NCBI GenBank assembly: GCA_963793865.1
Contig: CAWCBP010000001.1
Coordinates: forward strand, 1,024,001-1,088,000
Direction of reading: 5' to 3'
Origin: an uncultured delta proteobacterium
GTDB taxonomy: Bacteria > Desulfobacterota > WTBG01
DNA length: 64,000 nucleotides
A program made the translations under genes and the position numbers. The notes beneath the pieces were generated by a model that had not been told where the DNA came from, did no database searches, and was given only the letters and a program-made list of their open reading frames with translations. The stretch's first letter is position 1; every line of letters starts with the position of its first letter. Shown one piece after another: positions 55,066 through 64,000 of the stretch.

Positions 55066-55140
55066 TTATAATACGTGCATTTGTCGGGACAGTTAATAAT
55101 CATGAATTTTATTGGCCAATAACAAAATTTATATCCGGGG

Positions 55141-55155
55141 TGACAATTTTTGTAA
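55141..55155. promoter_or_regulatory. Candidate PilR upstream activator site
   Basis: Imperfect palindrome TGACA-ATTTT-TGTAA about 110 nt upstream of the -24 box. Confidence 0.3.
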
Positions 55156-55185
55156 GCATAGCTGCACAGCACGACGTGCCGCCGG

Positions 55186-57227
55186 TCAGGTGTGACGGTC
55201 AATCGCTCTGTTGTTACTTCGGCCGCAGGAAGAATCGCGAACCATTTGATCCTTCGAGATGTGCCGGTTCAATCTCAATGACTCTCTGAGGTAGTATGCG
55301 GCCCGTTCACTGTCATGAAAGCCTCGCAGATAAACCAGGGCAAGATTAAAATATACCCCGGCATTATTATTCTGTCCGTATGACAGCACCATCTCTAATT
55401 GCTCCAATGCTTTCTGGTACATGCCCCGATGCAGATAAACGAGCGCCAGATTATTGCGCGCTTCCAAAAAGTCATGCTGCAATGATATGGCCCTGCTAAA
55501 CTTCTCCTCTGCGCCATCATAGTTCTTCAAACCATAATAGACGAGACCCAGATTATTATAATATTGAGCGTTGTCCGGATTATGCTTCAAAGCCTTCATG
55601 TACTCCTCTTCGGCATCAGTGTAGTTATTCATTACATAAAAAAGATCTCCCAGATTGTTATGAACGTCGGCGTTGGCAGGATTAATGCTGAGCGCGCGTT
55701 GATAATAAGCGAGGCTCAATTTATAAAGCCTCTGCGCATCATCTCCTTTCCAGTTCAGAATATTGTTTCATCAGCCTTAAATGCCGGTATTGAATATGCT
55801 TCAATCTGCACATGTTTTCGCAGCAACTGATAGTAGCTTTGTCCCAGATTATTGAATAGCTTCCCCTGCTCAACTTTCCTTCCCCCGGGAGCATACATAC
55901 TTCCCTGATCAGCCAATGCCAAAGCCTTTGTAAATTCCCCAATCGCCATCTGATGTTCCCCCGCCCGGGCATAAACAAGTCCCAGGTTGCTCGTCGCAAC
56001 AGATGAACCCGGGGAATCGTGAACGGTTTCAGTCCAGAAAGAAAGCTCATTTTCCCATACAGAATTTCTCGCTACCGTTTTGGCTGAATAGAAAATCAAT
56101 ACCGCCGGCACAATAACTAACGCTATCGCTTTGTTAATTTTCTTCGTCTGTGTTTGAAGACATGACAGCCGGACGGCAGCAAGCGGCAGCATCATGCTGA
56201 AACACACAGTCCCCAGGTAGAGTCTGTGCTCCTGAGCCGGAATAGACAAAGGGATTATGCCGCAAACAGGAAGAAGGGAGACAGTGACCCAAAGTATGGC
56301 GAAGGACAATTCTTTAAATCTTTTACAACACAAAATAGCAAGGGCTGACAAACAGAGGACAAGGGCAAAAGAACTGACACTAAAAGAGGATGCATTTATA
56401 ACAGGTGCTGCAGATTGAAACAGCGGTAATAAAAGCATTTTAAAATAGTATGCATAGGATCCAATAACACCATAGAGCGTATGGACATAATCTCTTTCAC
56501 CCACTTCAATGCCTATCTGCCCAATAAAACTGGCCCTTACTACAAAATATAAAACGGTGACAAGCGCCAGCCCGCAATAATCTTTTGCTCTGCTTTTACC
56601 ACGCTCAGGGAAAAAATAATCTAGCAGCATAAACAACAGGGGCAGAACGACCCCGTTTTCCTTGGTCAGCAGGGCACATGCGTAGGAAACAAGATACCCC
56701 GAATATGCTAGTACCCCTTTTATTCCCTTAAGGTACCGCCGTTGAAGATAAAGAATTGTGCTGATCAGGACAAAAAGAGTGAGCAGCATATCATTCCGGC
56801 CGCTTATCCAGGCAACCGATTCACTTTGAACCGGGTGCGCCGTGAAGAGCAGGCTGGTAAAAAGAGCAAGTGTGGCCTCTTTAAAAAGCAGCACAATAAA
56901 AAGATATACCAGAAGAGCATTGACGGTGTGTACAATAAGGTTGGTATAGTGAAACCCGAAGGGGTTAGCTCCCCACAGTTGATAATCAATTATAAACCAC
57001 CATGATATCAGGGGCCTGTAATAAGGAATGTCTCCAAATAATGGATTGACGAATGCAGCAAAGAGGTTTTTCCAGTCGCTCAAATAGTCGGCATTACCAA
57101 TAATAAGCCCTCTGTCATCCCAGATAAATCCTCCCTGGAGGGAATTCCAGTATGTGCCAACTGCAACCAGCACAATAATCGCTGAAAACAGCAGATGACT
57201 ATTAATTTTTCTTACCGTTAACAACAT
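55186..57227 (-). CDS. TMTC-like GT-C glycosyltransferase with C-terminal TPRs; frameshift near 55750
   Basis: YWNSLQGGFIWDD, YYRPL, HPVQSESVAWISGRND, LTKENG, EHRLYL and RNSVW motifs, then TPRs (NNLG...A...Y..AL). Confidence 0.85.
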
Positions 57228-57293
57228 AGTTGCGCATGTCTCACTGGGGACTTAAATAGTACCACCCATCGGAACCAATACCATGCTTTTAAA

Positions 57294-57309
57294 TGCAAAA
57301 ATGAAACCA
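57294..57309 (-). promoter_or_regulatory. Candidate second sigma54 promoter, upstream of the TMTC-like gene
   Basis: Minus strand TGGTTTCATTTTTGCA (GG-N10-GC with TTGCA), ~67 nt upstream of the start at 57227. Confidence 0.45.
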
Positions 57310-57642
57310 TAAAACAGCGGGAGAAGTTCTGAAGTGGCAACCGGGCAGAAGGGTATTGAATGGTTTTTGCTAATCAGCTTTAATGCCGTCTTCTATTCCT
57401 ATTCGTCTTCCTTTCGAACAACTTTAGATATAAATCTGACCGAGGTATTATGGGGTGCTCTTTTTTTTATTAAGTTATTGTTTTCAGAAGTCGATGCAAT
57501 ACTATGAAGTATCGTATGCGGATATCGCGAGTCGCAACTCTGCTCTCCCGAGAAAATCCTTTATAAGGCAAAAATTAATGTTCCGAACGAATGTGAGGAA
57601 CCTTTAGTGCTTGACTGGACTCTATCCAAGATTTTGTAAGTT

Positions 57643-59473
57643 ATGAAAGGTCTCTCAATGAATAACCGGTGGCAGATATTAATTATTGTCTTTCTAATTC
57701 TGCTTTCCGCGGGCGTATACTGGAACACTCTTTCCAATGATTTTGTGGCGGGTGATCGTCAATTTATTTTGAGAAACGAACACATCGGAGACTTTCAGAC
57801 TGTCCTGGCCTCTTTTTCCTCAGATTATTGGGGGAAGCTGGGCGGTGAATCCTTCATTTACTACCGCCCCCTGGTAATTCTGACACATTATATTAGACTT
57901 TCAATTGTACGGCTTAAACCCGGCGGGTCATCACTTTAGCAATATAATTTTTCACAGCATGGTGACACTTTCTGTTTATTTTTTATTTCTGAATCTGCTC
58001 TCAGGCAATTACCGGCCCGCACTTGCCGGTGCTTCGCTCTTTGCCCTTCACCCCATCCATACCCATTCCGTCTCCTATGTCATGGGAAGAACGGATGTTC
58101 TGGCAACGCTCTTTTTTATCTGGGGACTTACCATTTTAGTCAACATCAGCCGTTATGATGGAAATCGTACCAGGATACCGGCAATCATTGGCGCATGTCT
58201 ATGCTATTTCCTGTCATTACTCTGCAAGGAGATGGCCGTCACGCTTCCGCTCGTATTCGTTGCTTACTTATTCTGCGTGGATAGAACTAATTTTCCTTGG
58301 AAGGACAGGGGCTTTATAATTTCCTTGTTGTTGTTTGGCATGCACGCTTGGTCTATACCTTGTCCTGAGGGTTGCTGCCGTGGGGATGAGCAGTGACCAA
58401 AGCGTCCCTGCCGGGTGGTACACCGTGCCCCAGAAAACAGGACTGATCATCCACACACTGGGCTTTTACCTGCAGAAGCTTCTCTTTCCATTACAGCTCA
58501 GCTATTACAGCAATATGGTTGTTCCCGGCTCATGGCAGGAAACGGTTGCATCACCCTTTTTTGTGACCTGCATTGTGTGGCTGATAACCTTTGCGGTTTC
58601 TTTAAGGTACTGCCGTACCCTCAGTTTTGCGCTTGTGTGGATTGCGATTACCCTGCTTCCCGTGCTCAACATTGTTATGCTCCCCGCCCTGGCAAAAGAA
58701 AATTATCTGTACCTGCCATCCATCGGCTTCTGCCTCATCTTTGCCGTGATTATTTTTGAAGTTTGAAGCATGAAGACGCGAGGAAGGCCGCGCATCTCAG
58801 AATTGCATTCGGCGGATGCGCTCTGATCGGTCTTTTGTATGCCGGCGGGACAATTATGAGAAACCATGATTATCGGACTCCGCTCTCATTCATCGAAAGG
58901 ACACTGAGGCAGATTCGCCGGTTGCACATCCAACAGCGTGAAACTCCCGCTATTTTGAACCGGTAAAAAATATCTATACAACTTATAAAAACCTTGGAAT
59001 ACTCTATCAGCAAAACGGACAGACGGAAAAAGCCATCAACGCATATAGATCCGCCCTGGAATATACGCCCTCATACTTTTCCGCCTCGTATGCAGCTTCC
59101 GTTCAGGTCACCCCTGGGCATGCTTTTAGAGAAAAGCGGAAATGCAGATGAAGCCTTGAAGATACTTCATCAGGCGCGTCCCTCTGCCGAGAACCCGGCC
59201 ATGGTTGACAACCTGCTTGGCATTATTGCCGGCAAACAGGGAAACAGCGCTGCAGCTGAGTTTTATTTCAAGCGGGCCATCAAGGAAGACGGCAGTTATG
59301 CGCCCGCACATTACAACCTGGGAATCATGTATTTGAAGTCGCAGGCACAACAAAAAGGGATTGATGAACTTCGGGTGGCTGCCGGTTTACATAACGGGTA
59401 TGCTGCTGCGCTTGCCCGCTACGAAACGGCATCAGCCTCTGACCGTCACAAGTCAATCGGCATGGTAGGATGA
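57643..59473 (+). CDS. Second TMTC-like GT-C/TPR protein, divergently transcribed; several frameshifts
   Basis: YWNTLSNDFVAGD, YYRPL, HPIHTHSVSYVMGRTD, LCKEMA, ENYLYLPS and RNHDY motifs; C-terminal TPRs (AHYNLG). Confidence 0.8.
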
Positions 59474-59560
59474 AGGCAATAATGCAATCCAATCCTGCAG
59501 TGACATCAATGAAATTGAATTCCTCGCGCTCACTCACTGAAGGCGCGGCCTGGGAAAGCA

Positions 59561-60943
59561 TTGCTTATAAGCGTATTCATAATTCCCGCACTTGTTTTTC
59601 TCATCTCTTTTGTCCTCTTTGCACTTTCTTCTCCCGGGGCCCTGCCCAATGGTGACGCCGCACTATATCTGCAGCAAATTCTATCCCTGGATGTATCACA
59701 GAGGACTACCCATATCGGGTACTACCTCATTGGCATTCCTTTTATTCATTTTCTGCCTTTCGCTTCCGATTACTCCTTAAATCTCATGAGCTGCCTGTGC
59801 GGAGCGCTCTGCGCGTCACTTCTGTTTGCAATTACCTTATGCATAACCCGCAGCCGTTTAATCTCTCTGCTGGCATGCTTCATTCTGGTTACAACCAATG
59901 TGTTTGCCCATAACGCGGTTTTTGCCGAAGTATACGTGCCGCAGCTTTTCTTCTTCCTGCTTGCGTTGCTTCTGCTTCAGCGCAACAGCCCCATTGCCGG
60001 AGGCGCTTCCTACGCATTGTCCTTTCTTATAACCCCGAGCGCTCTCTTCGGGCTTGCCATGCTGTTTCCATTCCGAAGAAATAAAAAGCAGCTTGCGAGA
60101 TTCGCCGCGGCATTCCTTCTGCTAACAGGCATTATAGTGGTTCCACACCTTTCTGACTACGTGTCAGGGGGCCGTGGTTTGCTGAAGGCATCCCATGCTG
60201 CCATGAATGCAGATGAAGCCTTCGCGAAGGAATATCGGGAATTTTTTTTCGGCATGCTCTGGTATCTGCCGTTTCTGTTTGCCGGCTGCATTCATATCAT
60301 GAAAAACAAAATGACGCGGGATTGGGGAATAGCGCTTTTTAGCATGTGGCTTATCACTTTTGTTGCCGGTGAGCGATTCGGGGATGTTCCTGTCCAGCTT
60401 CCCGCATATGCTTTTATCTGCATCATAGTCGCTTCAGGCATGAAGGCTCTTTTGTACGCCAGCCGGCATAAAAGCCGCATGCTTGCTGCGGCTGTAGGCC
60501 TTTATTGTATTTTGGCCCTGACTGTATCCGGAGGCATTACCGGCAGGCAAATTAGCATGACTGCCTCTCGCCTCACAGAGTACCGGAATTCAATCCTCGC
60601 CCTCAAGCAGGCGGCCCGTCCCGATTTTCTCGCGGCAGGGGAATGGACGCAGGGCATTCTCTTCGAGCATTACCTTTACGGCACATCATATACGGGCTTG
60701 TGGCTGAATACAGAATGCCTTGCCGGGGAGTGGGGATCACGCATGCGCGAGGAAAGCGAGGAAAAGTTACAGCAGGCGTTGCTTTCCGGCCGGGAGATAT
60801 GGCTTTTAAATTACGACACGGCGCTTTTCAATGAATTGGCCAGGCAGGGCTATTCCATTGAACCCTTCCACACCATTTACCGGGCAGAAGAAAATCCGGC
60901 GTTAATGGTCGAAACCGTGTGCAGGAATCGCAGGATGCATTAG
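59561..60943 (+). CDS. DUF2723 (TMEM260-like) GT-C membrane protein; the true start may lie near 59470 via a frameshift
   Basis: P...GD..LY......L.V...H.GY..IG..F..LP.....LNLMS...GAL and A..AEVY pattern; multiple TM helices. Confidence 0.65.
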   Translation: MLISVFIIPALVFLISFVLFALSSPGALPNGDAALYLQQILSLDVSQRTTHIGYYLIGIPFIHFLPFASDYSLNLMSCLCGALCASLLFAITLCITRSRLISLLACFILVTTNVFAHNAVFAEVYVPQLFFFLLALLLLQRNSPIAGGASYALSFLITPSALFGLAMLFPFRRNKKQLARFAAAFLLLTGIIVVPHLSDYVSGGRGLLKASHAAMNADEAFAKEYREFFFGMLWYLPFLFAGCIHIMKNKMTRDWGIALFSMWLITFVAGERFGDVPVQLPAYAFICIIVASGMKALLYASRHKSRMLAAAVGLYCILALTVSGGITGRQISMTASRLTEYRNSILALKQAARPDFLAAGEWTQGILFEHYLYGTSYTGLWLNTECLAGEWGSRMREESEEKLQQALLSGREIWLLNYDTALFNELARQGYSIEPFHTIYRAEENPALMVETVCRNRRMH

Positions 60944-60950
60944 TGCCGGG

Positions 60951-62672
60951 CTAGGAATGCAAGGGAAGAAGAATGGTGAAGGCAGTTCCCCGGTCTTTTT
61001 GACTCTTTACGGAGATGTGGCCCTTGTAGCTTTCAATGATGCTGTACACAATCGCCAGTCCCAGTCCGCTTCCCCGGGGTTTGGTGGTAAAGAAGGGATC
61101 AAAGACCTTATCAATATACGCTTCATCAATGCCGCACCCGGTGTCAGCAACCTCCAGCCGGACCCATTCTGCCGACCGGTAGCCGTTGCCTGCAGCTTGA
61201 AGCACATCGCTGATTGTCTCCTCCGCCGCTATTTTTGTAGCTACCTGCAGCTTCCCTCCCCCGCTCATTGCCTGGTGCGCATTGGCAAACAGATTCCAGA
61301 GCACCTGCTTTATCTGGTTCGGATCCGCCTCCAGCATGATTGATCCATGCAGATCAGCTACCAGGTTGATGGAGCCGTGATCGGGGTTGCTCAAGAAAAG
61401 CTCAACGGTGTCCATGATGACCGAGTTCAGCTCAATCACTTTCTTCCTTCGGTCATCGGGATGGGTAAACAGCACAAAATCCGACAGCAACTGGTCCAGA
61501 CGGTTGGTTTCCCGCAAAACAATGTCCATCAATCGCTTGTTATCAGCATCGAGCTGCAGCGTCTGCCCGAGGACCTGAATTGAGCCGCTCATGGATGCCA
61601 GCGGATTGCGAATCTCGTGAGCCATGCCCGATGCCAGCCTCCCCACCGCCGCCAGCCGGTCAACAATCTTAACCTGCTCTTCCATCTCCTTCAAGCGTGT
61701 GACATCCTGGAAGGTGTACACCTCTCCCTGGCTTTCCCTTTCTCCGTCCTTAAGCGTTGACTTTGAAAATCCCAGGTAAATCTTTTTATTGTCGTTCCTC
61801 AGATATGCAATTTCAAAGCGGGGCCCGGGACCGCTGTTCCCGTTGCCGTTCCGGGATGGGATGGCCGCGGCCTTGAGGAGTCCCGGGAAAATATCCTCGA
61901 GATGCCTCCCGCTCAATTCAGAAAATCTAAGGCCGGTGATTACCTCGGCTGCCCGGTTAAAGAAGGTGATATTCATTGCTCCATTGACCGTCAGCAGTCC
62001 GCTGTTTATGCTTTCGATAATATTCCTGTGCAGGGTTTCCAGCCGGGTATAATCGCTTTCCTTTACCTTCAGCGCCTCTTTTGACTGTCGAACCTGCTCC
62101 GACAGGAAACCGCTTAAAAAGGCGACAAGATAAAACGCGGTTATTTTCATCAGAACTGAAAACAGAAGCGACGCCGCTCCATCCACCCTGGCCGGCGCCA
62201 TGGCGAGGTCCGCGGTATGGATAATACCGCTGTACTCGAGGGCGATTATCAGGGTATAGCAGATGCTGCCCGCCGAGGCCAATATCACTCCGCCCCTGCG
62301 ATAGAGGATGATTCCCGCCGCAATAATGGATAGATAATAGAACAGGGAAAAGTCACTTCGCACACCGCCGGTGACGCTAATCAGGCCGCTGATGAGAAGC
62401 GTGTCCAGGATGAGCTGCAGGTAGGCAAACGCCTCCAGATTCTTAACCCGCCTGATGAGAAAGGCATACAGGAGGCTGAGGCAATATACGATTCCAACCA
62501 GGCAATACAGCCGCAGCAGATACGCGTCGAGATAGGCTTTCCCCTCGGTAATCTGGACCAGCGCTGCCGTACCCAATGAAAAAGTGGCTAACACGAGACG
62601 AAGGCTCATGAGCCACTTGATCCTCGCCATCAGCACCTCGCGAGGTTCTTTTGTCGTGTGCTCACTCATCAT
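60951..62672 (-). CDS. pilS: PilS-type sensor histidine kinase (multi-TM, PAS, HisKA, HATPase)
   Basis: R..WL..LR N-terminus, Q..LD...I..L..VTGG..S.F..FY, AHEIRNPL, EADPNQIKQVLWNL and FDPFFTTK..GSGLGL. Confidence 0.9.
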   Translation of the reverse strand: MMSEHTTKEPREVLMARIKWLMSLRLVLATFSLGTAALVQITEGKAYLDAYLLRLYCLVGIVYCLSLLYAFLIRRVKNLEAFAYLQLILDTLLISGLISVTGGVRSDFSLFYYLSIIAAGIILYRRGGVILASAGSICYTLIIALEYSGIIHTADLAMAPARVDGAASLLFSVLMKITAFYLVAFLSGFLSEQVRQSKEALKVKESDYTRLETLHRNIIESINSGLLTVNGAMNITFFNRAAEVITGLRFSELSGRHLEDIFPGLLKAAAIPSRNGNGNSGPGPRFEIAYLRNDNKKIYLGFSKSTLKDGERESQGEVYTFQDVTRLKEMEEQVKIVDRLAAVGRLASGMAHEIRNPLASMSGSIQVLGQTLQLDADNKRLMDIVLRETNRLDQLLSDFVLFTHPDDRRKKVIELNSVIMDTVELFLSNPDHGSINLVADLHGSIMLEADPNQIKQVLWNLFANAHQAMSGGGKLQVATKIAAEETISDVLQAAGNGYRSAEWVRLEVADTGCGIDEAYIDKVFDPFFTTKPRGSGLGLAIVYSIIESYKGHISVKSQKDRGTAFTILLPLHS

Positions 62673-62675
62673 GGT

Positions 62676-64000
62676 TTACACCGTCCCCGCATCCTTGATT
62701 CCATATTTCTCCAGGCGGTACCTGATTGCCCGATAGGGTATATGCAGCAATTTAGCGGCCTTTTTTATTTCGCCATTGGTTTTCTGCAGCGCCTTGCGGA
62801 GCAGGTGCTTTTCCAATGTGCCCACTGCCTCAGTCAGGTCAATGCCTTCAGGGGGTATGTCAGTATCAATCAGCTCGTTTTTCTTCATGTCATTTTTGTA
62901 GCGGGACAGGGTCAAGCTCTCGGGGAGTATGATGTTTGAGGTTTCCAGCGCGACGCTCCGCTCTACGATATTTTCAAGCTCGCGCACATTGCCCGGGAAG
63001 CTGTAGTCCAGCAGCATCTTTAAGGCATAGGAAGAAATGGTGCGGATTTCCTTGCCCGATTCCTGTGCATACTTCTTGAGAAAATGGCGGGCCAGGAGCG
63101 GTATGTCCATCTTCCTTTCCCGCAGGGGAGGGATGCGTATCTGAATGACATTCAGGCGGTAAAAGAGGTCTTCCCTGAAGGCCCCGTTGATGACCATCTC
63201 CTCAATATCGATATTGGTCGCGGATATGATCCGCACATCAACCCGTACCTCCTGCGTGCCGCCTACGGGCTTGAACGACTTTTCCTGCACGATCCTGAGC
63301 AATTTCACCTGCAGCGGGAGCGGCAGATCTCCAATTTCATCCATGAAGATGGTACCCCCGTGGGCCGCCTGGAAGAGGCCTATTTTGTCGCTGATAGCGC
63401 CGGTAAACGAGCCCTTGGTATAGCCGAACAGTTCGCTCTCCAGCAGCTGCTCGGGAACGCCGCCGCAGTTCATGGTCACAAACGGCCCCTCTCTCCTCGG
63501 GCTGTGGTTATGAATGGCCCTCGCCACCAGCTCCTTGCCGGTGCCGCTTTCGCCGGTTATGAGCACGTTCGCCTTTGATGAGGCGGCCCTGGGAATCATA
63601 TCAAATATTTTGTGCATCTCCGGGCTGACGCTCACGATGCCCTCGAAATATTCAAGGCTGCCTTTCTCCCGCTTTCGCGGTACGGCATCCTCCGGAACCC
63701 TGACCGACTGCAGGGCATTGCTGACCGTTCTTTTTACCTCGTCCACGTTAAAGGGCTTGGCAATGTAATCATAGGCGCCTTCTTTCATCGACTCCACGGC
63801 GGATTCAAAGGACGCATAGGCGGTAATCATTATCACCTTGGTTCCCGGGGACAGCTCTTTTATGCGGTTCAGCACTTCAAAGCCCGAGGTTTTCGGCATC
63901 CTGATGTCCGCCAGGACCACGTCGAAGGGGCTCTTTTCAAAAAGGGTGATCGCTTCCCGGCCGTCTTCGGCGCAGGAAACTTCATAGCCTTCCCGCGCGA
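62676..64000 (-). CDS. pilR: PilR-type sigma54-dependent response regulator (5' end lies beyond the window)
   Basis: Receiver DIRMP, GESGTGKE, ESELFG..KGSFTGA, FREDLFYRLNV and FPGNVRELEN motifs; Fis-type HTH. Confidence 0.9.
   Translation of the reverse strand, partial: AREGYEVSCAEDGREAITLFEKSPFDVVLADIRMPKTSGFEVLNRIKELSPGTKVIMITAYASFESAVESMKEGAYDYIAKPFNVDEVKRTVSNALQSVRVPEDAVPRKREKGSLEYFEGIVSVSPEMHKIFDMIPRAASSKANVLITGESGTGKELVARAIHNHSPRREGPFVTMNCGGVPEQLLESELFGYTKGSFTGAISDKIGLFQAAHGGTIFMDEIGDLPLPLQVKLLRIVQEKSFKPVGGTQEVRVDVRIISATNIDIEEMVINGAFREDLFYRLNVIQIRIPPLRERKMDIPLLARHFLKKYAQESGKEIRTISSYALKMLLDYSFPGNVRELENIVERSVALETSNIILPESLTLSRYKNDMKKNELIDTDIPPEGIDLTEAVGTLEKHLLRKALQKTNGEIKKAAKLLHIPYRAIRYRLEKYGIKDAGTV

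Noticed and set aside
2164..59473. Genuine pseudogenes or programmed frameshifting
   Set aside because: Indels are spread across all gene classes without other decay or consistent slippery sites, so assembly error is more parsimonious.
2195..63768. Numerous 60-230 aa ORFs antisense to or overlapping the called genes (e.g. 2574-3230, 10013-10672, 41326-42012)
   Set aside because: They are shadows of well-supported genes on another strand or frame and have no recognisable motifs.

Overview
Bacterial chromosomal window. The Geobacter-type pilin, PilR/PilS pair and Hcr-like molybdoenzyme suggest an anaerobic deltaproteobacterium (Desulfobacterota-like); this is inference. It holds about 51 genes, and at least 23 are split by single-base indels, which points to an error-prone long-read assembly rather than real pseudogenes. 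Left (0.5-8.4 kb, minus): MFS transporter, mocA, a three-subunit xanthine-dehydrogenase-family molybdoenzyme of the 4-hydroxybenzoyl-CoA reductase type with an altered active-site motif, an iron-sulfur flavoprotein and a divergent AGE-family barrel protein. 8.8-10.4 kb (plus): an exported OB-fold-like protein and a SIMPL protein. The rest (10.4-64 kb) is a type IV pilin locus: pilR-pilS, three GT-C glycosyltransferases resembling eukaryotic protein O-mannosyltransferases (two TMTC-like TPR proteins and one DUF2723/TMEM260-like), and a sigma54-driven, aromatic-rich pilA. These are followed by a ~44 kb co-oriented run of ~35 surface-glycan genes: O-antigen ligase/O-OTase, YfhO, Wzm/Wzt, 13 soluble GTs, 2 sulfotransferases, 3 methyltransferases, a radical SAM enzyme, an aminotransferase plus GNAT, 2 AsnB, a WecA-like initiator, a UGM-like flavoenzyme, a flippase-like protein, 3 GT39-like enzymes and 2 membrane-anchored transglutaminase-like proteins. 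The best candidate for an undescribed system is this pilin-linked multi-GT-C glycosylation and glycan-tailoring locus, especially its alternating transglutaminase/GT-C/AsnB cassette. GTAG-type REP palindromes are present; two ~75 bp direct copies bracket a 15.6 kb module. No rRNA, tRNA, CRISPR array or transposase was recognised.
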